From an uncultured Methanosarcinales archaeon (GTDB lineage: Archaea; Nanobdellota; Nanobdellia; Woesearchaeales; JAGWAF01): 42,232 nt of DNA. Under the pieces are notes generated by a model that saw nothing but the letters and a program-made list of their open reading frames with translations, ran no database searches and was not told the DNA's origin. The position numbers were made by a program, and so were the translations under genes. Below are positions 27,601-34,459 of the stretch, piece after piece. Location: the NCBI GenBank assembly GCA_964529655.1, contig CAZGZA010000002.1:10705-52936 (forward strand), given 5' to 3'. Each line of letters starts with the position of its first letter. Positions within the stretch are counted from its first letter, which is position 1.

Positions 27601-28152
27601 TTTCTCAAGCTCCCTCAGTGTTTTTTCTTTTTTGTCCTCGTAAATTGAAATGCCCGAGATTTCCTCGATAGTCTGCCTTCTTTCAAGCGGCGACATCTCA
27701 ACAGAGTGTATGACATCTCCCTGGAGGATAATATTATACCCATCAGGATTAATTTTCGCCATAGAAAGCAGGTCAAGTATCTGTTGCCTTGTCCTAGTTT
27801 TATCGTTTATTTTGTAGATGCTCAGGCCATTCTGTCTTACAATTCGGGTTACTTTTACAGAGTCCTCCTCGGTTGGGAATATCCTTGTTGAATTGTCAAA
27901 ATATATGCTTACCTCGCCGTGGCTGGCTGGCTTTTTTGTTTTTCCTCCGTTGTAAATCAGGTTTGCGCTTTTTTCAGCCCTGAGGGATTTTGATGAGGAT
28001 TTTCCAAGGACGAAGCAGACAGCATCTATAATATTGCTTTTTCCACTGCCATTAGGTCCAAGAACTACATTAAATTTGTCTCCAAACAGCAGTTCAGTCC
28101 TCTTTCCAAAGGACTTAAAGCCAGTCATTACAATTCTATTAATTCTAGTCAT
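24655..28152 (-). CDS. smc: Chromosome segregation protein SMC
   Basis: 1165 aa. It has the N-terminal Walker A GPNGSGKSN, long coiled coils, a hinge, and the C-terminal LSGGEKTMTALAF and FDEVDASLD. Confidence 0.95.
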   Translation of the reverse strand: MTRINRIVMTGFKSFGKRTELLFGDKFNVVLGPNGSGKSNIIDAVCFVLGKSSSKSLRAEKSANLIYNGGKTKKPASHGEVSIYFDNSTRIFPTEEDSVKVTRIVRQNGLSIYKINDKTRTRQQILDLLSMAKINPDGYNIILQGDVIHSVEMSPLERRQTIEEISGISIYEDKKEKTLRELEKVGQKLGEADIILKERKSYMRELKKDRDQALKYRELNNQIAVNKASYIKRDIDKRIAVKEDYEHQISARNDELEKVKAEISTIRDAIKEKRDKIKEITKVVEEKGDREQRQLQKDIEKLKVDIGTGKNRISSCKNEIARIGARKDQFRKNIAELDEKTKNFTTEIETLEDEKKTLAFGQRELEKNIFNFKKRHKLGEEAEKIEKEIEEKDLFIEERQRAINSLREKQQGLLREKDKLEFQVQTIQDRIKKVAEVEREHEAELKQLKQKQDIFKKATLELNALLNMDSTLAAQLAELRKNLLRDKTELAKLEAKNISLKESISGNIAVKSVLKNRESLGEIYGAVSELGTVSSKYSLALEIAAGPRLKGVVVKDDATAAKCIKYLKHDKLGIVHFFPLNKIKSAKPMETESILKMNGVHGLAGGLIKYKPMFKNVFDYIFGDTIIVDNIDSARKIGVGRIRMATLDGDLCDVSGAMVGGYRERKRGIGFREKELETDIERIRDSVNDMEDNLRELEAKKEDNEKKISLQRELKAVTEGEIIRTEKGLHLEEADLDASLAYKEELLLKQKERDKAFDELTGIITETNRELADAKIKKQQLRNQINELRNPTLLAELNAFEQKKTEIIEEIIKLEAKIGGINLQIGEVIGRDRQNIAKITKDHEKEEILFSEEIKALEELILNQEINLKGKEQEQQKFFANFKSLYNQRNELNDMIAGKENETYKKEEEARRVEYSLNTASLENAKIKAELAGLEAAFEQYRGIALDTQKTEEQLKKEIEEFEKLREQIGSVNMRALEIYETVEREYKSLLEKREQLENEKQSVTNLMAVIEEKKKELFMTTFNKINGHFQKCFSELSTKGEASLVLETPENIFEGGTKIMVKQSGDKFLDIRSLSGGEKTMTALAFLFAMQEHEPASFYVFDEVDASLDKINSQKFSKLVGAYSSRAQYIIISHNDALIAEANNLYGVSMDEHSMSNVVCLKIS

Positions 28153-28199
28153 TTCCCCCGTATGTTAATGGGCAGATTGCTTTTATAAAATTATTGTTG

Positions 28200-28281
28200 T
28201 TTTATAGTAACAGACGTTAATTTTTATGTATAATCTACTGTTACTATATTCGGCAGGCATAATCTATTTGTATAATTACTT
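28200..28281 (-). promoter_or_regulatory. 82-nt conserved element upstream of smc (paralog of 1809-1890)
   Basis: The inverted repeat is TATAGTAACAGAC..CTGTTACTATA at 28203-28248. A TATA-like TTTTATAAAA lies between it and the smc ATG. Confidence 0.55.
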
Positions 28282-28389
28282 CAAAAAGCCGAAAGCTCCG
28301 CACTTTAGTACTGAGATGAAAGCTTTTTGAAGTTTAAAAATGCGAACGTTGAAGCCACGCACTTTAGTGTACAGATAGTTCGCATTTTT
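28279..28389. other. Two tandem stem-loops with a shared loop motif CGCACTTTAGT
   Basis: CTTCAAAAAGC/GCTTTTTGAAG spans 28279-28332 and AAAAATGCGAAC/GTTCGCATTTTT spans 28336-28389. Both ~30-nt loops contain CGCACTTTAGT. Confidence 0.5.
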
Positions 28390-28529
28390 TTTATTTATGT
28401 CTGCCGTGATAGTAAGCGACAAAAATAAGCCATAGGATAAATCGCTTACTATTTAAGGTACAGTAATACAAAAACTTTTTAAACTATCTTTTTATAGAAG
28501 CGCAAAGAATACCTTAATCGCTTTAAAAA

Positions 28530-30815
28530 ATGGATAAAAAAGAGATTAGCCTGAAAGTTGCGGAGGCAGTCCAAGACGATGTAAACAAGGGTATAGTTAG
28601 AATTGACTCTACTTCAATGAAGCAGCTTGGCATTAAGCCAGGCGAGATAGTTGAACTGCAGGGTACAAGGATAACCGTAGCGATTGCCGACAGGGGATAC
28701 CCGGGAGATATTGGCCTGAATATGGTAAGAATGGATGGCCTGGTTAGACGAAATGCTAGAACAAGCATCGGGGAGTTAGTTAAGGTCAGGAAAAGTGATG
28801 TTGTTGCGGCAAAAAAGGTAACTATCGCTCCGGCAAGAAAGGGCATTATAGTGAAGGCATCACCAGCCCTTTTTAAGAATGGAATAATGGGCAGGGCTAT
28901 AATAAAGGGTGACATAATTTCTCTTGGCGGAACAAGAACAAGAAGAACAACCCTGTCAGGCTCTCCTTTTGATGATATTTTCAGAAATTTGGGGATGGAT
29001 GACCCTTTTATGAATTTTAGCCTTGGCGACCTTAAATTCGTGGTTGTTTCAACACACCCAAAGCAAGCTGTAATTGTAGCAGAGGAAACTGCAGTTGAGT
29101 TTAACCCGGAAGCAATTGAGGTTGAAGAGGAAAACATTCCTGAGGTAGCCTATGAGGACATTGGCGGATTAGATGAGGAAATCAAAAAGATAAGGGAAAT
29201 GGTTGAGCTTCCGCTAAAGCATCCTGAAATTTTTGAAAGATTGGGGGTAGAGCCTCCAAAAGGTGTTCTTCTGCACGGCCCTCCTGGAACCGGAAAAACC
29301 CTCCTGGCAAAAGCAGTTGCAAATGAAACAAATTCGCACTTTGTCACAATCAACGGCCCTGAAATTATGAGCAAGTTCTACGGCCAGTCAGAGGAAAACC
29401 TTAGAAAGAAGTTTGAGGATGCTGAAAAGAATGCTCCTGCAATTATTTTTATTGATGAGATAGATGCAATTGCAATTAAAAGAGAGGAAACCCATGGCGA
29501 GGTTGAGAGAAGGGTTGTTGCACAGCTTCTAGCGCTTATGGATGGCCTAAAATCACGAGGCAAGGTTGTTGTTATTGCCGCAACAAATGTCCCGAATATT
29601 CTGGACCCTGCTATTAGGCGGCCCGGAAGGTTTGACAGGGAGATTGAAATAGGGGTGCCTAGTGTTGAGGGCAGGCTTAAGGTATTAAAGATTCATACAA
29701 GGAATATGCCGCTTGCAAAAGATGTTGACCTTAATGAATTGGCCAGACAGACTCATGGATTTGTCGGCGCGGATTTGGCAAGTTTGACAAAGGAGGCGGC
29801 TATGGTGCTGCTAAGGAGAATGCTGCCTGACTTGAAGTACGATAAAGATGAAGCAATCCCAAAAGAGATTTTGGAGAAGCTGCAGGTTACTAAAAATGAT
29901 TTTAAGGAGGCATTAAAATACGTCAGGCCCTCTGCATTAAGGGAAGTCCTTGTGGAAATTCCCAATGTTAAATGGGTGGATATTGGAGGATTGGATGATG
30001 TTAAACGAGAACTTAACGAGGCAGTTGAATGGCCGTTAAAGTATCCGAATGCCTTTAAACGATTAGGTGTTAATCCGCCAAAGGGTGTTTTACTGTATGG
30101 CCCACCTGGAACCGGAAAAACAATGCTAGCAAAGGCGGTTGCTAATGAGAGCGAGGCAAACTTTATACTGGTCAATGGCCCGTCATTGCTTTCAAAATGG
30201 GTTGGAGAGAGTGAAAAAGCTGTAAGAAAGGTTTTTGAAAAGGCGCGGCAGACAGCTCCAACAATTGTTTTCTTTGATGAGATAGATAGTTTAGCGCCGC
30301 GAAGGGGAATGCATAACAGCGATTCAGGAGTTACAGAAAGGGTGGTAAACCAGCTCTTATCTGAAATTGACGGTCTTGAGGCGCTGCATGATGTTGTTAT
30401 TGTAGGTGCAACAAACAGGCCTGATATTCTTGATACTGCTTTATTAAGGCCCGGAAGGTTTGACAGGATTGTATTTGTCCCCTCACCAGACCAAAAGGGT
30501 AGGGAGCAGATATTTAAGGTCCATACAAAAGCCATGCCTCTTGCAAAGGGTATAGACATTAAGGAGTTGGCAACAAAAACAGAGGGTTATGTGGGTGCTG
30601 ATATTGAATCTGTATGCAGAGAGGCTGCAATCATGGCGCTGCGAAAGGACATGGACAGTAAAGAGGTAGGGGTGGAGCACTTTGAGGAAGCGCTTGATAA
30701 GGTTAAGCCATCCTCTACAGCAGATATTGAAAAATCCTATAAAGAGCTGGAGGAAAACTTTAGGACAGCAAGGGCAAAGCAAATGCAGGAAGATAAGCCA
30801 GCCTATCTTGGGTGA
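28530..30815 (+). CDS. cdc48: Cdc48/VCP-like AAA+ ATPase
   Basis: It has the N-domain ([23 protein letters not shown]) and two AAA modules, each with GPPGTGKT and DEID. Confidence 0.95.
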   Translation: MDKKEISLKVAEAVQDDVNKGIVRIDSTSMKQLGIKPGEIVELQGTRITVAIADRGYPGDIGLNMVRMDGLVRRNARTSIGELVKVRKSDVVAAKKVTIAPARKGIIVKASPALFKNGIMGRAIIKGDIISLGGTRTRRTTLSGSPFDDIFRNLGMDDPFMNFSLGDLKFVVVSTHPKQAVIVAEETAVEFNPEAIEVEEENIPEVAYEDIGGLDEEIKKIREMVELPLKHPEIFERLGVEPPKGVLLHGPPGTGKTLLAKAVANETNSHFVTINGPEIMSKFYGQSEENLRKKFEDAEKNAPAIIFIDEIDAIAIKREETHGEVERRVVAQLLALMDGLKSRGKVVVIAATNVPNILDPAIRRPGRFDREIEIGVPSVEGRLKVLKIHTRNMPLAKDVDLNELARQTHGFVGADLASLTKEAAMVLLRRMLPDLKYDKDEAIPKEILEKLQVTKNDFKEALKYVRPSALREVLVEIPNVKWVDIGGLDDVKRELNEAVEWPLKYPNAFKRLGVNPPKGVLLYGPPGTGKTMLAKAVANESEANFILVNGPSLLSKWVGESEKAVRKVFEKARQTAPTIVFFDEIDSLAPRRGMHNSDSGVTERVVNQLLSEIDGLEALHDVVIVGATNRPDILDTALLRPGRFDRIVFVPSPDQKGREQIFKVHTKAMPLAKGIDIKELATKTEGYVGADIESVCREAAIMALRKDMDSKEVGVEHFEEALDKVKPSSTADIEKSYKELEENFRTARAKQMQEDKPAYLG

Positions 30816-30819
30816 TTAA

Positions 30820-31206
30820 ATGGACGGCCTGCCAGTATATTACCTGCATATTTTTGGGAATGAATTAAGAGGGCAGTATGCAAAAAATAGCGGGAGAATT
30901 TTAGAATTCGGAATAGTTTATGATATTCTTGAGGACAGCCCATTAAAATTGGTGCTTCGCCCATTAAGAGAAATAGAGGGCTTTATCTCTAAAAGGCTTA
31001 ATCCAAAAGGGCTGGAATCCAAAGTATTTTTCTTTAATGCAGAGAATCATATTGGCATGGGGGTTAATGTTGCAGCTGGCGTTTTAGTTGAGTATGCTCT
31101 GGAAACTAATGATTTCAAATGCTCTCCACAGGATGGCGTAATAATTCTAGGGAGAGAAATTAAAGGCCAGGGAATAAAAACAATCGTTAAGAGTCCTTTG
31201 GCGTAA
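30820..31206 (+). CDS. Hypothetical protein
   Basis: 128-aa ORF starting 4 nt after the cdc48 stop. No recognisable motif. Confidence 0.35.
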   Translation: MDGLPVYYLHIFGNELRGQYAKNSGRILEFGIVYDILEDSPLKLVLRPLREIEGFISKRLNPKGLESKVFFFNAENHIGMGVNVAAGVLVEYALETNDFKCSPQDGVIILGREIKGQGIKTIVKSPLA

Positions 31207-31295
31207 TTTAGCGCCCTATGCCGGCATTTTCAACTGTACGATTTTATCGTACGGTTCAAGTTTGGACGAATTCTCCACTAACCACCAACAATTAA

Positions 31296-31439
31296 TGGGC
31301 CCATCCAGATACCTACCAGATTTTTTAGAAAATGCACAAAAATCTAAAATATTTTTGGCATCCTGGAAATCCGCAGATTTCCATGAATCTGGTAAAAATA
31401 TGCGACATAAAATCCTTCTGGGATTTTAGTCGCAAAAAC
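31296..31439 (-). repeat. tRNA-Val trailer cassette ending in a copy of the tRNA 3' end
   Basis: TGGGCCCATCCAGAT (31296-31310) matches TGGGCCCAACCGGAT (31440-31454) at 13/15. The hairpin GACATAAAATCC..GGATTTTAGTC is at 31404-31431. Confidence 0.75.
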
Positions 31440-31511
31440 TGGGCCCAACCGGATTTGAACCGGTGACCTTCGCCTTGTAAGGGCGACGTTCTGCCGCTGA
31501 ACTATGAGCCC
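31440..31511 (-). tRNA. tRNA-Val (TAC)
   Basis: Sense GGGCTCA..TGGGCCC acceptor, anticodon arm TCGCC-CTTACAA-GGCGA, T arm ACCGG-TTCAAAT-CCGGT. Confidence 0.9.
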
Positions 31512-31546
31512 AATGAAGTTTTAACGTGCTTGATTCTCCCAAAAAA

Positions 31547-31704
31547 TCTGGGCCCACGGGGATTTTCACAAGATTTTTACCAAAGCACAAAAATCCCAGA
31601 GGATTTTTGGCTCCCAAAAAACTTTTGGTTTTTTGTGGAAATCTTGTAAAAAGTGGGCGACATAAAATCCCTTCAGGATTTTAGTCCCTCTAAACTTTGA
31701 AATC
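31547..31704 (-). repeat. tRNA-Ile trailer cassette ending in a copy of the tRNA 3' end
   Basis: TCTGGGCCCACGGGGATTT at 31547-31565 is identical (19/19) to 31703-31721. The hairpin is at 31659-31686. Confidence 0.85.
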
Positions 31705-31824
31705 TGGGCCCACGGGGATTTGAACCCCAGACCTTCGGCTTTCCTAGCGCCGAAAGCGGCCGTATAAGACCGACGCTCTAACTGCCCGAAAGTTTTAGCT
31801 TCCTCCAGGCTGAGCTATGGGCCC
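31705..31824 (-). tRNA. tRNA-Ile (TAT) with two introns (D-loop and canonical 37/38)
   Basis: Removing 31782-31804 (23 nt) and 31741-31762 (22 nt) gives a 75-nt cloverleaf, GGGCCCATAGCTCAGCCTGGTTAGAGCGTCGGTCTTATAAGCCGAAGGTCTGGGGTTCAAATCCCCGTGGGCCCA. The anticodon loop is CTTATAA. Confidence 0.7.
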
Positions 31825-31868
31825 GATTGTTATACCTAAATTGTTTATACTTTTTAAATATTGTTAAG

Positions 31869-31977
31869 TGCAACAGCCGGGATTTTCACCAAACTTTTTT
31901 TGACAAAAGGTTTGATCAAAAGCAGCGACATAAAATCCCTACAGGATTTTAGTCGCAAACACGACCAACACATTCTA
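31869..31977 (-). repeat. tRNA-Gly(GCC) trailer cassette ending in a copy of the tRNA 3' end
   Basis: TGCAACAGCCGGGATTT (31869-31885) matches TGCGACAGCCGGGATTT (31978-31994) at 16/17. The hairpin is at 31927-31954. Confidence 0.8.
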
Positions 31978-32048
31978 TGCGACAGCCGGGATTTGAACCC
32001 GGGTTCCCACCGTGGCAGGGTGGAGTCCTACCACTAGACTACTGTCGC
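31978..32048 (-). tRNA. tRNA-Gly (GCC)
   Basis: Sense GCGACAG..CTGTCGC acceptor, anticodon arm CCACC-CTGCCAC-GGTGG, T arm CCGGG-TTCAAAT-CCCGG. Confidence 0.9.
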
Positions 32049-32053
32049 ATATA

Positions 32054-32156
32054 TGCCCCTGACGGGACTTTCAGATTTCAGTCAAACTGAAAACTTTTGA
32101 ACCCATGTCACTGCCTCGAAAGGGCAGTATGATTGACCGGACTACACCACAGGGGC
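32054..32156 (-). tRNA. tRNA-Glu (TTC) with an intron in the T-loop
   Basis: Sense GCCCCTG..CAGGGGC acceptor, anticodon arm CTGCC-CTTTCGA-GGCAG. The T stem ATGGG/CCCGT is interrupted by ~26-28 extra nt (about 32070-32097) inside the TTCAAA..GT loop. Confidence 0.75.
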
Positions 32157-32203
32157 GTTAGTTAGCATCAGAGATTGTCTCTATTTAAAAAACTTGCTTA
32201 CTG

Positions 32204-32343
32204 AACTTTTGCATTTTTAGTTTATTGTATCCTGCAAAAGTTAAGTTCGTAAACTGTCAAGAATCCGGGATTCTTGAGCATGCTCATAAAAGCTTTGCTT
32301 TTATAACATTTTGCCTATTTTAGCTAAAACGCAAAAGTTTACG
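32204..32343. repeat. Pair of AACTTTTGC..GCAAAAGTT hairpins, the second split by a 54-nt insertion
   Basis: AACTTTTGCA (32204-32213) pairs with TGCAAAAGTT (32233-32242). CGTAAAC (32248-32254) + [32255-32308] + TTTTGC..GCAAAAGTTTACG (to 32343) is the same 13-nt arm as at 2697-2739. Confidence 0.55.
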
Positions 32344-32438
32344 CTTAAAAGTTTTCTGATTGAAAAATCGTGCTGGACTTCAGAAAAAATGCCGAAAAAG
32401 CATAATATTTATATAATTCAAATGTGGTTGTAATAGTA

Positions 32439-32648
32439 ATGCCGAACAAGGTTATAATAACAGTTTCAATGGTTGTTTTGCTTACTATTATGGTTGTTAT
32501 TGCCATTATGGGGACACAGGCTCCAACAGCGGCGGTAACATACACAATCGGGCCAGAAGAGGCAGAAGCAATAAAGCTGTGCGAAGAGGCAGGCAAAACA
32601 CCCTGGATTTCTAGCGAAAACAGTCAAACATCTATACAGTGTGAATAA
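32439..32648 (+). CDS. Hypothetical small membrane/secreted protein
   Basis: MPNKVIITVSMVVLLTIMVVIAIMG is a TM or signal anchor, followed by a short soluble tail with 2 Cys. Confidence 0.3.
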   Translation: MPNKVIITVSMVVLLTIMVVIAIMGTQAPTAAVTYTIGPEEAEAIKLCEEAGKTPWISSENSQTSIQCE

Positions 32649-32720
32649 ACCGTAAACTTTTATCTATATATTCCTAATAACCAACATCCTTTTAAATCTG
32701 TAGCTAATCAACTTGGTATT

Positions 32721-33512
32721 ATGAACCCTCTTATTCATGTGCAGCTAAATCTGGAATTATTTAGGAAGTTAAGGCTTGAGCTGGACCGTGATTTATTTAT
32801 TGTAGGCAGTGTGCTTCCGGACATATATTTTGGAGGATCAATTTCAGAGAATGAGTCGCACTACCAATCAAAAAGGTTTTTGAGCTACCTGTTGAAGAAC
32901 GACCCCAACTATGCTTCTATGGGTGTGGGATTCATGTTCCATGGGGAGGAACCGAATGGGCTTGATTTTTATGCGCATAAAAAGAATGGATTTATTGAAA
33001 AAAAGCTGCAGCATGTTAAACCACTTGTATTGGCTGAACACCCAAAGATTCGTGAAGCAGACCTTACAAAGATAGGCCATTCGCTGATTGAATTTGCCTG
33101 CGACTACCTTAGCGATGAGGATGCCGCCAGTGCGCTGAACTTTGCATTTAAGAGGACTGATTTGAAGAGAATTGCTTTCCATCTTACGGCTTTTTTCGGG
33201 GCTCACCAGCATAAAACTTATAAGATGCTGAAGTTTTTCAGCAAGTTCAATTTCCAGAAATTGAGAACAAAAAAAGGTGTTTCATCAAGCGTTAAGAGGT
33301 TTCTGCTCTGGAATGATGTTGGTGCAGTTACAATGCTGCAAAAGTATCGGCATCTTAAGACACAGCTTTATTTTATGCGAAAGAAAGGTGTTGAAATGGT
33401 TTTTAATGAAGTTAAAAATGCAGTCCAGCCTGATTTGGATAAGTTTCTGAAATCAGCAAAAAAAGAGATGGCAAAGAACCTGCCTAAACACCTGCCTCCT
33501 GAATTAGTTTAG
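32721..33512 (+). CDS. Hypothetical protein
   Basis: 263-aa ORF with no confidently recognised family. The N-terminal H..GSVLPD weakly recalls metal-dependent hydrolases. Confidence 0.4.
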   Translation: MNPLIHVQLNLELFRKLRLELDRDLFIVGSVLPDIYFGGSISENESHYQSKRFLSYLLKNDPNYASMGVGFMFHGEEPNGLDFYAHKKNGFIEKKLQHVKPLVLAEHPKIREADLTKIGHSLIEFACDYLSDEDAASALNFAFKRTDLKRIAFHLTAFFGAHQHKTYKMLKFFSKFNFQKLRTKKGVSSSVKRFLLWNDVGAVTMLQKYRHLKTQLYFMRKKGVEMVFNEVKNAVQPDLDKFLKSAKKEMAKNLPKHLPPELV

Positions 33513-34266
33513 CCCCAAGCTTAACAGTTAAATTGTTTATATCCTTTTTGGGGTTTATCTCAACAATGTCAATCCATTTAAGGTTTTTAAGCAGCTTTAG
33601 CTTCTGCAGGAGGGTAATCAGTTCTCTGGAGGAAATGCCCCCAACTTCGCAATAACCCGTGCCTGGAGCAAATGCCGGGTCAACAACATCAATATCAATA
33701 GAAAGGTAGACTGCATCAAATTTCTGCAGGCGCTCCATAACATGCAATATTAATTCTGGATCAGCATGCAACTGTTTTATTTGGCAAGCCATGATTTTTT
33801 GTTTGCGCATGAACATTAACTCCTCTTTATCAACCGCGCGGATCCCCGCTAAAATGACATTTTCAGGTTTGATAGTTCCATCCTCCATCAGCATTCGCAG
33901 GTAGTTATCATGCGTTGCAGGGTTAAAGCCTGGCATTAAGTCAGGATGCGCATCAAAAATGATAATGCCAGGGTTTTTTGCCTTGGAGCAGAAGGCCTTT
34001 GCCAAAGAATAGGTTATTGAATGGTCGCCTCCAATAAAAATAGTATGGCTTAAATCGAGCGCTTTGGCCTGCTCAAAAATAAGGTTGTGGTTTTGTTCAA
34101 GATTTGTATTGTCAACCTCAAACTCTTTGATGTTAAAATTTTGCAAAAAACTGTTTTCATTAAGCAGGGCATTGGATAATTCCTTTGTTATTTCTTCCGG
34201 AGCTGTCTCGCACCCGATATTTTTTCCAAGGTTTCCTCCAGAAAAACTGATTTGTATGATATTCAT
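33484..34266 (-). CDS. speB: Agmatinase / ureohydrolase family protein
   Basis: GGDHSITY, FDAHPDL and SIDIDVVDPAFAPGTG are the Mn-binding motifs of the arginase family. Confidence 0.85.
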   Translation of the reverse strand: MNIIQISFSGGNLGKNIGCETAPEEITKELSNALLNENSFLQNFNIKEFEVDNTNLEQNHNLIFEQAKALDLSHTIFIGGDHSITYSLAKAFCSKAKNPGIIIFDAHPDLMPGFNPATHDNYLRMLMEDGTIKPENVILAGIRAVDKEELMFMRKQKIMACQIKQLHADPELILHVMERLQKFDAVYLSIDIDVVDPAFAPGTGYCEVGGISSRELITLLQKLKLLKNLKWIDIVEINPKKDINNLTVKLGAKLIQEAGV

Positions 34267-34459
34267 ATTAAGTGTCTAGAATTGGAGTATAGCAAGCTCC
34301 TCAACAGTTCTGGCTTTCAGCGAGCATTCCTTTTTGCCCTCCCAGTAAACCCAGCAGTCTTTTTTGTGCTTTTCCCATCTCAGGCAGTCTTTGCATATCT
34401 CATTCATTGCACAGAAGGTAGAGCTGATGATTTAAATAGTTTACGGCGATTTTTTGCTG

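Noticed and set aside
24783-27891. Several long plus-strand ORFs (for example 25469-25930, 26309-26881, 26897-27421, 27025-27513) antisense to smc
   Set aside because: Their Ser/Phe/Leu-rich low-complexity translations are the mirror image of the Lys/Glu-rich coiled coil of SMC. The SMC frame has unmistakable motifs across the whole span.
28523-30782. Minus-strand ORFs 28523-29137, 29150-29374, 29378-29563, 29753-30559 and 30483-30782
   Set aside because: They are antisense to cdc48, whose two AAA modules and N-domain account for the region.
31294-32160. Regularly spaced repeats in the tRNA cluster that might suggest a CRISPR array
   Set aside because: The repeated hairpin (GACATAAAATCC..GGATTTTAGTC) is spaced 250-270 bp apart, not 60-75 bp. 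The intervening DNA is tRNA genes and tRNA-derived copies, and there are no cas genes in the window.
32345-32596. 83-aa minus-strand ORF opposite the small ORF 32424-32648
   Set aside because: Both are short and overlap each other. I kept the plus-strand one at low confidence because it has a clean TM anchor and an ATG with an upstream AT-rich promoter-like region. The minus-strand one begins inside the hairpin repeat.
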